Shown here: positions 38,945-47,022 of the stretch, in pieces
Layout: every line of letters starts with the position of its first letter
Position numbering within the stretch: position 1 is the first letter of the stretch
Assembly: GCA_016176505.1 (NCBI GenBank)
Contig: JACOXB010000010.1
Span: 27,021 to 91,020 of the forward strand
Direction: 5' to 3'
From: Candidatus Colwellbacteria bacterium
GTDB taxonomy: Bacteria > Patescibacteriota > Minisyncoccia > UBA6257 > Colwellbacteraceae
DNA length: 64,000 nt
Program-made: the position numbers and the translations under genes
Notes under the pieces: generated by a model
What the model was told of the DNA's origin: nothing
The model's input: the letters and a program-made list of their open reading frames with translations, nothing else
The model's database searches: none

Positions 38945-39553
38945 TTATTGAGTTTCGCTTTCTGCTGGCTCGAGCTTTTTCCTCAACTCGTCGATCTCTT
39001 CGAGAATAGCTTTAATTTTATCTTCAATTTCTTTTCTTAAGGCCGCAAGGAAGTTGCTGTTGCCCGAAGAGCCAGAGCGCTCAACCGCCACTCTTTCGGC
39101 TACGAGTGTCCCATTCTCAATCATACCGCTCATTCTTATCCTGTCTCCGACAAGGACTGAGCTAAGAGCCGTATCTTTGCCGCGATGGATTCTAGCGCCA
39201 CTCGTATTTACGGCTAAGCCATTAACCGTAATGGTCGAGGCGGTAGTATCGGTAGCGGTAACTGTTCCTCCTAGCTCAAACTTGCCAAAACGAAGCGGAA
39301 TATCCCTAAGTTCAACTTCGGTGATGTCCTCTATCTCATCCTCGTCCTCATCTTCATTTTCATCCTCGTCTTCCTCGTCATTTACATCCTCATCACCGGC
39401 CTCGTCCTCATCTTCCATCTCATCTTCTTCTTCGGCTTCGGCCGTATTGTTCGAGTCCGAACCGCTGTGATAAGCCAGGACGAAACTACCGAAAAACAGA
39501 GCTGAGAGAGTAAGAAAAACAGTTAGGCTAATCGCTAAAAGTTTTTTAGTCAT
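38945..39553 (-). CDS. Exported protein with acidic tract and DUF5666-like OB domain
   Basis: Signal peptide, long D/E run, GTVTA...ITVNG...VGDRIRMSG...LVAERV. Confidence 0.7.
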   Translation of the reverse strand: MTKKLLAISLTVFLTLSALFFGSFVLAYHSGSDSNNTAEAEEEDEMEDEDEAGDEDVNDEEDEDENEDEDEDEIEDITEVELRDIPLRFGKFELGGTVTATDTTASTITVNGLAVNTSGARIHRGKDTALSSVLVGDRIRMSGMIENGTLVAERVAVERSGSSGNSNFLAALRKEIEDKIKAILEEIDELRKKLEPAESETQ

Positions 39554-39631
39554 CTATTAATTAATAGACTGGTCGACCTTTTAATGAGTGTATTCTAGCA
39601 TAAATGACGAAGCTCTTAGGCTATACTTTCA

Positions 39632-40450
39632 CTAATCAAAGACGAAATTCTGGGTAAGAATGTAGTAGCCATTTACCTCGACCACGCCGATACCGGTTCT
39701 CTCGTACTTCTCATTTAAGACGTTGGCTCGATGGCCAGGTGAGTCCATCCAGCCCTTAACTGTTTTCTCCGCAATTTCCTCTGGCGATAGTCGCTCTATA
39801 TTCACCCACTCCACTTCCGGCACTTCTTCAAGTAGCTCTTCGGCCTCATCAACACTCTCCCAGATAATAGTTTTTTGTTCGAGTTCACTTAAGTCTTTAT
39901 CAATTTCTTCCGATTCAAATTCAAATTTAGGGCAAACAACTCTTTTTGCCGCTAGATAACTTAGTTTTCTAAAACCGGAGATTAAGGCGATATTCTCTCC
40001 AGCTACTTTAAATTTAACCGAATCTGTTCTTAACCGATCCCCTAAATCAAATCCGTTAGTGGTTAATCCCTGATGTCTAATTATGGGATAAGCGCAAGGT
40101 TTATCCGGATCAGTAGTTTTTTCATCATCGCGGGCCTGATCTCGGCTGTGAGCTCGGGCCACATCGGAAATATTAGAATCTAGAACCACTGGTTCTAGAT
40201 TCTCCTTTTCTCTTTCTTGATTGATTCCTTGAAAAATTAAAAGCTCTAAGATATCTTCGGTGGCTCTTACGGTTTGTCTGTCCTCCTCGTCTTCGTCAAT
40301 AATTACCTCATTCGCAAAAGAAAGAGTTTCCTCGACTACAGTATCAACTTTTTCAAGCGTAGTATCGGGTAAATCTGAAGTTTGCCCAATTAGATTGAGC
40401 AGTTGGGCAATCGCCTGGAGTAAAACTAAAATACTTGAAATTGTGCTCAC
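39632..40450 (-). CDS. CAP/SCP-domain protein
   Basis: INQER, ARAHS, GENIA, WMDSPGHRANVL, LTQNF. Confidence 0.88.
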   Translation of the reverse strand: MSTISSILVLLQAIAQLLNLIGQTSDLPDTTLEKVDTVVEETLSFANEVIIDEDEEDRQTVRATEDILELLIFQGINQEREKENLEPVVLDSNISDVARAHSRDQARDDEKTTDPDKPCAYPIIRHQGLTTNGFDLGDRLRTDSVKFKVAGENIALISGFRKLSYLAAKRVVCPKFEFESEEIDKDLSELEQKTIIWESVDEAEELLEEVPEVEWVNIERLSPEEIAEKTVKGWMDSPGHRANVLNEKYERTGIGVVEVNGYYILTQNFVFD

Positions 40451-40535
40451 GAGTTAGATTATATCTCTTCAGGGAATTACAATTCCAATCTTCGATATAT
40501 CCAAGCCGTATCTATAAAATTTCCTCTTAAAATTG

Positions 40536-41234
40536 TTATCTCAATACATATCCAGCGTTAACATCTAAACAGACACCAGTTATATGTTTTGCCTCATCAC
40601 TTGCCAGAAAGTAAATTGCATTGGCGATATCTTCTGGTTCCGCAATTCTTTTGAGTAAAGACATTCCTATTAGTTGTTGTAGCCTTTCGGGCCTCATATT
40701 CTTAGTCATATCTGAGTTTGTTACCCCAGGAGCAACACAATTCACCCTAATTGCTGGCGCGAGAGCCTTAGCCATTGATTTAGTAAGTCCTAAAATTGCA
40801 GATTTAGTTCCTGCATAAATCGGGTCTGTACTACCTATTTGAGCGGCGGTTGAACTAATATAGACAATCGAGCCTTTAACCATTTTATTTAAAACTTCCT
40901 TTGTGGATAGATAAGCTCCTTTTTCATTTACACTGATAACTTTGTCCAACAGCTGTTCATCGTACTCAATGAGACTTTTGTATCCAAAAATGCCAACACA
41001 ATTTACAAAGCAATCAACCCTACCCAAATCTTCAAAGGCTTTTTCAAATGATTTTTTGATGCTTGAGTAATCGGAAATTTCTAGATGATACCAACTAATA
41101 TTTTTGACTTTTGGCCCTTCTTTTTGATTATAAAATCCGGCAACGCTCCATCCATTCGAAGCAAATTTTTTGGCAGCAGAAAGTCCAATTCCCCTCGAAG
41201 CACCTGCTATAAAAACAACTTTATTCTTCGCCAT
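40536..41234 (-). CDS. Short-chain dehydrogenase/reductase (FabG-like)
   Basis: GASRGIG, YAGTK, RVNCVAPG; start set to ATG 41234. Confidence 0.9.
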   Translation of the reverse strand: MAKNKVVFIAGASRGIGLSAAKKFASNGWSVAGFYNQKEGPKVKNISWYHLEISDYSSIKKSFEKAFEDLGRVDCFVNCVGIFGYKSLIEYDEQLLDKVISVNEKGAYLSTKEVLNKMVKGSIVYISSTAAQIGSTDPIYAGTKSAILGLTKSMAKALAPAIRVNCVAPGVTNSDMTKNMRPERLQQLIGMSLLKRIAEPEDIANAIYFLASDEAKHITGVCLDVNAGYVLR

Positions 41235-41375
41235 CCTGAGTGAATTATAGTTTGAGGGGTAACCCAAAGCAATGCGATCTAGTTGGCATAAAGTGTACGC
41301 GGGCTAAATTAAAATATAGTGCGGATCGAGCTTGAAGCTCGATATTAAATTTTTGCGTTTGTCGGACCGCTCTAG

Positions 41376-41447
41376 TGGGTGATGCAGGATTCGAACCTGC
41401 GACTTCTTCCGTGTGAGGGAAGCGCTCTACCCCTGAGCTAATCACCC
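41376..41447 (-). tRNA. tRNA-Val(CAC)
   Basis: GGGTGAT/ATCACCC acceptor, loop ctCACac, GGTTCGAATCC. Confidence 0.95.
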
Positions 41448-41459
41448 ACGGCGTCGCTA

Positions 41460-41822
41460 CTATTGTAGCTCGACGGTAGCGCCAGCTTCTTCGAGCTTGC
41501 TCTTCGCCTCATCCGCTTCTTCTTTCTTTAATCCCTCTTTAACTTTTTGAGGCGCGCCTTCAACTAAGTCTTTTGATTCTTTGAGTCCTAGACCGGTGAT
41601 TTCGCGAACCGCTTTAATGACGTTAATCTTTTGATCGCCAGCTGAAGTCAGCATCACCGTAAATGAAGTTTTTTCTTCAACCTCAACCGCTTGACCGCCA
41701 GCGGCAGCGGCGACGGGCATGGCCGCCGAGACGCCGAACTTTTCCTCCATCGCTTTTACTAATTCGGCGATTTCGAGAGTCGACATTTTTTCAACTTCTT
41801 CAATAAATTTTTCTTTCTCCAT
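41460..41822 (-). CDS. rplL: 50S ribosomal protein L7/L12
   Basis: [29 protein letters not shown]. Confidence 0.97.
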   Translation of the reverse strand: MEKEKFIEEVEKMSTLEIAELVKAMEEKFGVSAAMPVAAAAGGQAVEVEEKTSFTVMLTSAGDQKINVIKAVREITGLGLKESKDLVEGAPQKVKEGLKKEEADEAKSKLEEAGATVELQ

Positions 41823-41842
41823 AATTAGATATTATTTTCGGA

Positions 41843-42334
41843 CTACGACCTTTTACTTAATGTGTCTAAAACATACATTAACTTTTTGACCGGAGCGATC
41901 ATCGTACCGACTAACTGCGCGAGTAGCACTTCTCTTCCTGGTAATTTACCAATAGCAATAACTTTTTCGGCTGATAATTCCTCTTTATTACCGAGATCAA
42001 GCCCGCCTAGAATCTTAAAACCCTCGTTATCTTTAGAGAATTTATAAACCGAAGCAATAACATTCTCTAGCTCATCGGTCCCAAAAACCGTACCCACTTG
42101 GCCCTCGAATTTCACCGGATCAAAATCAAATCCTTTTTCACGAAGCACCAGTCTTAAAATTCTTTTTTTAATGACCTTAAACTTCGCCCCAGCTTCGGTT
42201 AGTCCCCTTCTCAATCCCTGAAGCTCGGTGACGCCTACACCGGCAAAATCAGCAAAAATTAAAAATCGGGATTGGCTAACTTTCTCGCTCCCCTCGCCGT
42301 AGATTTCTTCTTTTTTCGCTCTGGTAATAGCCAT
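41843..42334 (-). CDS. rplJ: 50S ribosomal protein L10
   Basis: N-terminal RAKKEE, LPGREVLLAQL; upstream of rplL. Confidence 0.93.
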   Translation of the reverse strand: MAITRAKKEEIYGEGSEKVSQSRFLIFADFAGVGVTELQGLRRGLTEAGAKFKVIKKRILRLVLREKGFDFDPVKFEGQVGTVFGTDELENVIASVYKFSKDNEGFKILGGLDLGNKEELSAEKVIAIGKLPGREVLLAQLVGTMIAPVKKLMYVLDTLSKRS

Positions 42335-42336
42335 AA

Positions 42337-42407
42337 AAAAACTGCGTAAGCCGCAGTGAAATTATCATCCTCGGCAGGGTTTATTGGATACCTGCGGTCT
42401 GCGGACT
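42337..42407 (-). promoter_or_regulatory. L10 leader RNA
   Basis: CCGCAGACCGCAGG...CCTGCCGAGG followed by hairpin and T-run directly before rplJ. Confidence 0.75.
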
Positions 42408-42424
42408 AACTTGCTAATAATAGA

Positions 42425-43057
42425 CTACGGCCGAGCTCTGTCAAGCATCTCTATTACCTCCTCGTCAGTTACTTGGGGAAAATCGTCATAATAAGCCCCG
42501 ACTGCGCCCAAATATAGGGCCGGGATATCAAGAGCCACGAATTCATCAACCTCTTTTTCGATCTCACGAGCTGCATCTCGCGGCGCCACCGGGACGGCTA
42601 CGATTATTTTTGCCGGCTCTTTATGTTTCAGTTCTTTTATCGCGAGTTCCAAGGTAAGGCCGGTGGCAATACCGTCATCAACAAGAATTGCTATCTTTCC
42701 CCGAACTTCCGGGGTTTTTCTTTTTCCGAGATAGATTTCACGCCGCCGCCTAGCTTCCGCTCTCTCTTTTTCAACCTCTTTACTAAACCAGGCAGGGTCA
42801 ACTGCGGCTCGTTCAGCCTCATTACAAATCAGGTCACCATCTTCAGCCACAGCGCAAATCGCATACTCAGGATTTAAAGGATGGCCGATCTTTCGAGTAA
42901 TTATTAAATCAAGCGGCGCATTCAACGCCTTCGCAATTTCAAATCCTAAAACTACACCGCCTCGAGGAAGAGCATAAATAACTACTTCCTTCCCCTCGTA
43001 ATGCCCGAGGTGCTGGACTAGTAGTTGTCCCGCTTCAGTCCTGTCTCGAAAACGCAT
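42425..43057 (-). CDS. Phosphoribosyltransferase-family protein
   Basis: FRDRTEAG, LPRGG, VDDGIATG, AVGAYY. Confidence 0.88.
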   Translation of the reverse strand: MRFRDRTEAGQLLVQHLGHYEGKEVVIYALPRGGVVLGFEIAKALNAPLDLIITRKIGHPLNPEYAICAVAEDGDLICNEAERAAVDPAWFSKEVEKERAEARRRREIYLGKRKTPEVRGKIAILVDDGIATGLTLELAIKELKHKEPAKIIVAVPVAPRDAAREIEKEVDEFVALDIPALYLGAVGAYYDDFPQVTDEEVIEMLDRARP

Positions 43058-43085
43058 GGTTCGACAAGCTCACCACAAGTATCAA

Positions 43086-43262
43086 TTATCCTTTGGTTTT
43101 GGCCTCTTTGTGCGGCGTTTGCTTCCGACACCACTTACAATAGCGGTTGAACTCGAGCTTTCGCTCGACCTTCTTCTTATTTTTGCGCGTATAGTAATTC
43201 TTCCGTTTGCAAACAGTACAGCGAAGCGTGATTAAATTATCTGAATAAGTTGATTTGGCCAT
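43086..43262 (-). CDS. rpmG: 50S ribosomal protein L33 (not in ORF track)
   Basis: MAKSTYSDNLITLRCTVCKRKNYYTRKNKK...YCKWCRKQTPHKE, 58 aa. Confidence 0.93.
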   Translation of the reverse strand: MAKSTYSDNLITLRCTVCKRKNYYTRKNKKKVERKLEFNRYCKWCRKQTPHKEAKTKG

Positions 43263-43275
43263 ATGTTTTTTCCTG

Positions 43276-43347
43276 AGCCGGAGGAGGGAATCGGACCCTC
43301 GGCCTCTTTCTTACCAAGAAAGCGTTCTGCCACTGAACTACTCCGGC
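43276..43347 (-). tRNA. tRNA-Thr(GGT)
   Basis: GCCGGAG/CTCCGGC acceptor, loop ttGGTaa; T-loop variant TCCGATT. Confidence 0.9.
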
Positions 43348-43706
43348 GAACGATAATTATTGAGGCAGGATTGAAGCTCTGGGGTTATGGTGCAGCCGCA
43401 TTCACCATTTGCCTGTCTCTTACAGGTAGCGGTTCGATAGCAGGCGTACTCTTCTCGCCACTCGCAAGTTGAGGCAAGCCCTTCAATGTCTGAGCAAAGT
43501 TGCCCAGAACAGCCGCCGACATAACATTTACCCGAAGCTTTTGGCGGAATTTCGGTCTCGTCACCATTCTCAGCCTCTTCCTCATCCTGTGGTGAGGTTG
43601 GCGAAATATAATCTGGAGCTTCTACTCTATCCGTGCCCGTCAGGAAAAAAACAGCTAATCCTAATGCCCCTACGGCAATTAAAGCTAAAACGATGCCCTT
43701 CTCCAT
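43338..43706 (-). CDS. Membrane-anchored cysteine-cluster protein
   Basis: CYVGGCSGQLC...STCEWREEYACY...C...GECG. Confidence 0.75.
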   Translation of the reverse strand: MEKGIVLALIAVGALGLAVFFLTGTDRVEAPDYISPTSPQDEEEAENGDETEIPPKASGKCYVGGCSGQLCSDIEGLASTCEWREEYACYRTATCKRQANGECGCTITPELQSCLNNYRSPE

Positions 43707-43760
43707 GTTCTCGGCAACCTACTAAAAACTAGCTTGCCTCAAAGTATTTTTCAAGTGATG

Positions 43761-43833
43761 AGCCGACCCGGGGGCTCGAACCCCGAACCTATGGTTTACA
43801 AAACCATTGCTCTACCAGTTGAGCTAGGTCGGC
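43761..43833 (-). tRNA. tRNA-Thr(TGT)
   Basis: GCCGACC/GGTCGGC acceptor, anticodon TGT. Confidence 0.92.
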
Positions 43834-43840
43834 GAGCCGG

Positions 43841-43924
43841 TGCGCAGGGAGGGATTCGAACCCCCGTAGCCACTAGGGCGCGAGATTTACAGTCTCGTGC
43901 AATTGACCGCTCTGCCACCTGCGC
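43841..43924 (-). tRNA. tRNA-Tyr(GTA)
   Basis: GCGCAGG/CCTGCGC acceptor, loop ctGTAaa, long variable arm. Confidence 0.93.
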
Positions 43925-43964
43925 GGTCCTGCCTACGACTAGGCAGGCATCGTTATTATAGCGA

Positions 43965-44219
43965 TTATTCTTCGCGCTTCAACTTGCGGCTTAAGAAATT
44001 ATCAATCTTCATAATAACGATTTTGGTCCGGCGCAAGAGCTTATCCCTTAGGTTTTTCAAAAGCAAATCAAAATCCTCAAGCGGCAGATTGGTCGAACGG
44101 CCGTTCTTTTTAGCTGATTTCGCTTCCTCCTCCCCCACTCGAGGCACGGCAATCGCCATTAAGTAAACTATCGCTCCTAAGGAGATTACCAAGGCTAACT
44201 CGAGAAAAAGATCAATCAT
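43965..44219 (-). CDS. Small hypothetical membrane protein
   Basis: N-terminal TM; coupled to tsf stop. Confidence 0.65.
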   Translation of the reverse strand: MIDLFLELALVISLGAIVYLMAIAVPRVGEEEAKSAKKNGRSTNLPLEDFDLLLKNLRDKLLRRTKIVIMKIDNFLSRKLKREE

Positions 44220-44662
44220 AATTCGTATCTTATGAAGCGCCCTACTTTTATATTCTCTCCGGTCTTCGCGATAACGTCGTTAATTAAATCACTGACAGTT
44301 TTGCTATCATCCCTAATATAATTCTCTGCAAGGAGGGCCTCAACGCTTTCCGGATTCATGGCCGCCACTTGCATTGAAAGATTATGAGCTAATTCCTTAA
44401 ACTCGTTTGTTCTCGCCACAAAATCGGTTTCAGAGTTAAGCTCAAGCAAAACACCAATCTTATCTTGATGAATATAAGCATCGACAATACCGGCTCCTGC
44501 TTCGCGATCAGCTCTTTTCGCGGCCCGGTCAAGACCCTTTTCCTTTAAGATCTTAACCGCCTCATCTATATTACCTCCGGCTTCTTCAAAAGCTTTTTTA
44601 CAATCCATTACGCCGGCTCCGGTTAAGGCGCGGAGGTTTTGAATATCAGCTGGCGTTGCCAT
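44216..44662 (-). CDS. tsf: Elongation factor Ts (short form)
   Basis: LRALTGAGVMDCKKA, ETDFVA, GENI. Confidence 0.93.
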   Translation of the reverse strand: MATPADIQNLRALTGAGVMDCKKAFEEAGGNIDEAVKILKEKGLDRAAKRADREAGAGIVDAYIHQDKIGVLLELNSETDFVARTNEFKELAHNLSMQVAAMNPESVEALLAENYIRDDSKTVSDLINDVIAKTGENIKVGRFIRYEL

Positions 44663-45440
44663 TTTTCTCTGTATTTGTTGCTGTAGGTTCTTGGGGTTCT
44701 TGAGGTCGAGTGGCGAAAGCCGGCTCTAATTCCCTGAGCAATATTTCAATACTCTTAATATTCCGGTCATTAGCCGGAACTGGATAATCGACCAAGGCTG
44801 GATCAGCGTCAGTGTTTACAAAAGCAGCAACCGGAATTCCTTTTTGTTTAGCCTCTTTGGCAGCCAAGTCATTCTCAGCGAGATCAGCAATGAAGACCAA
44901 GGCGGGTAAACGCTCTAGGGTCGAGATTCCGGCGAAAAGCCTTTCAAGCTTATCAAGCTCCCTTTTGAATTTAATTTTTTCCTTTTTAGAATATTTATCC
45001 CACTCCCCTTTTACTTCTTCGTCTTTAAGTTTTTTAAAGTAATTAACTCTCTCGTTAATAACTTTGAAATTAGTAATGGTGCCGCCGAGCCAGCGCTCAG
45101 TTACGTAGGGCAAACTAAACTTTTCCGCCAAGATTTTCACGGCTGTCTTTACCGCTGGGCTTGTACCTACCAGGAGCACCTTACCTCTTGCCTGGAGCAC
45201 TTTTTTAATCGCTTCAGCCGCGCTTTTTAAGCTCGAGATAGTTTCGCTAAGGTCAATTACTTCAAAACCAGCCCTAGTAGTCAGAATGTATTTCTTCATG
45301 GCGGAATTAGTCCTTGATTTAGACCGACCATAGAAAACGCCAGCCCTCATCATCTCCTCAAAAAGAGCCGCATCTTCAGGATTTACTAACGACTCTTCTT
45401 GATTATTCTCTAGTTCAATTGTTTCTGAAGTTTCTGGCAC
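44646..45440 (-). CDS. rpsB: 30S ribosomal protein S2
   Basis: RWLGGTITNF, NTDADP, PANDR; upstream of tsf. Confidence 0.93.
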   Translation of the reverse strand: MPETSETIELENNQEESLVNPEDAALFEEMMRAGVFYGRSKSRTNSAMKKYILTTRAGFEVIDLSETISSLKSAAEAIKKVLQARGKVLLVGTSPAVKTAVKILAEKFSLPYVTERWLGGTITNFKVINERVNYFKKLKDEEVKGEWDKYSKKEKIKFKRELDKLERLFAGISTLERLPALVFIADLAENDLAAKEAKQKGIPVAAFVNTDADPALVDYPVPANDRNIKSIEILLRELEPAFATRPQEPQEPTATNTEKNGNAS

Positions 45441-45472
45441 AGCCCCAAAATTACCTTACAAAATTAGAAAAG

Positions 45473-46132
45473 TCAAAGGCTCTTTCTATGACCTCGCCGC
45501 CACCTTTCAATCTCCTTATGGTTACCCGAAATAAGCACTTTCGGCGCCGGATATTTTTTACCTTTATGAATAAAAACCTCGGGTCGGGTATAAACCGGAA
45601 CGCCGGTTCCTAAACGTTTTTCTTCAAGCGATTCGGCCCTACCCAGCACGCCTTTTAAATGGCGCGAAACAGCATCAACTAAAACGGCGGCGGCGAGTTC
45701 CCCGCCAGTCAAAACATAGGGACCGATGGAAATCTCTTCAGCTTTAAAAATTTTAATGAGACGCGCATCAACTCCTTCGTAGCGGCCGCAAATAAGAACT
45801 AGGTGTTTATAATTCTTGGCAAGGGCAGCCGCTCTTTTACTATTGAATTGTTTTCCAGTAGCTGAAAATAAAATTATCTTTGACTTTTGTCTCCCAATTT
45901 TCTTCTTAACAACTTCGAGTGCCTTAACCATCGGCTCAAGCTTAATTACCATGCCCGGCCCGCCGCCGTAAGAACGGTCGTCAACAGTCCTATGCTTATC
46001 TCCGGCATAATCCCGGGGGTTGTAGAATTTTATTTTTACCAACCCCTTTTTCTGGGCAAGCCCTACAATCGACTCCTCTAGGTAGGGTTTAATTGTTTCG
46101 GGAAATAGCGAGATGATATGGAAGGTCGTCAT
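45473..46132 (-). CDS. trmD: tRNA (m1G37) methyltransferase
   Basis: VDDRSYGGGPGM, CGRYEGVDAR, SIGPYVLTGGE. Confidence 0.95.
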   Translation of the reverse strand: MTTFHIISLFPETIKPYLEESIVGLAQKKGLVKIKFYNPRDYAGDKHRTVDDRSYGGGPGMVIKLEPMVKALEVVKKKIGRQKSKIILFSATGKQFNSKRAAALAKNYKHLVLICGRYEGVDARLIKIFKAEEISIGPYVLTGGELAAAVLVDAVSRHLKGVLGRAESLEEKRLGTGVPVYTRPEVFIHKGKKYPAPKVLISGNHKEIERWRRGHRKSL

Positions 46133-46164
46133 CGGTACTTAGTATTATGTATATCGTATTAAGT

Positions 46165-46333
46165 ATAAAGAAATATTCTCCCTCGTAGCTAACATCGCTG
46201 GAAAGTATCAGAAAATTACCGAATGAGCCGCGTAGCGAGCCAGGCCCCGCGTAGCAGGGTGGCGAGCAGAGTGCGAGTGAGAAGAATTTTCGATGTTTGG
46301 AGGCGCGTTGGCGGAGGGAAAATATTTCTTTAT
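46165..46333. repeat. Intergenic palindromic element (related to 23343-23508)
   Basis: IR ATAAAGAAATATT...AATATTTCTTTAT; shared core. Confidence 0.75.
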
Positions 46334-46339
46334 TTCAAA

Positions 46340-46374
46340 AAGAAAAACTCCGCTAGTTAGCGGAGTTTTTCTTT
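46340..46374 (-). terminator. Intrinsic terminator after khpA
   Basis: AAAAACTCCGCTA-gt-TAGCGGAGTTTTT. Confidence 0.75.
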
Positions 46375-46734
46375 CTAGAGATCTTTGATGTCGTCGATTA
46401 CCTTATCGACTGGGCCTTGACCCTCTTGAGGTCTTTCAGCTTCCCTTCTTTCGCTTCCTCTTCCGCCTGCGGGTCTACGACCCCCTTCAGGTTCTTCAAT
46501 CTTTAGGTTCACTCGGGCGTTATTCTTCACTCCCACAATTCGAAGAAGGGAACGAATAGCCTTAGCAGTACTCCCCTCCCGGCCAACCACTTGACCCATG
46601 TCCTGGGGATTTACCTTGAGCACCAAAAGCACTCCCAGCTCATCTATCCGTCTTTCAACCTTAACGTCTTCGGGGTGATCAACAATCGATTTCACCACGA
46701 ATTCGAGGAATTCCCTGTCAGTCTGATCGTTCAT
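46375..46734 (-). CDS. khpA: KH-domain RNA-binding protein KhpA
   Basis: DMGQVVGREGSTAKAIR; between rpsP and trmD. Confidence 0.88.
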   Translation of the reverse strand: MNDQTDREFLEFVVKSIVDHPEDVKVERRIDELGVLLVLKVNPQDMGQVVGREGSTAKAIRSLLRIVGVKNNARVNLKIEEPEGGRRPAGGRGSERREAERPQEGQGPVDKVIDDIKDL

Positions 46735-46749
46735 TACGATAAAACCTGT

Positions 46750-46998
46750 CTACTTTCGACCTTTCCAGTCAACCTGCAGTTTTTTCAAAATCTGCCTAAC
46801 CGTTTCACTCGGTTTAGCCCCGACACCCAGCCAGTATAGCACGCGCTCCTTCTTCACTTCAAAGGCATTAGAATGCGGATTATACCAGCCCAGATCCTCG
46901 ACAAACTTGCCCCGAACTTTAGCTTTGGCCTCCTGAACTATGACGCGAAAAGTCCGCTGTCCTTTCCGCCCAACCATTTTTAATTTAATTGAAAGCAT
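46750..46998 (-). CDS. rpsP: 30S ribosomal protein S16
   Basis: EDLGWYNP, GAKPSETV. Confidence 0.95.
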   Translation of the reverse strand: MLSIKLKMVGRKGQRTFRVIVQEAKAKVRGKFVEDLGWYNPHSNAFEVKKERVLYWLGVGAKPSETVRQILKKLQVDWKGRK

Positions 46999-47022
46999 AA
47001 CGCGGCCAATAATACTCTGGTT

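Noticed and set aside
39320-39445. Low-complexity TCx repeats as a DNA repeat element
   Set aside because: They simply encode the Asp/Glu tract of an exported protein.
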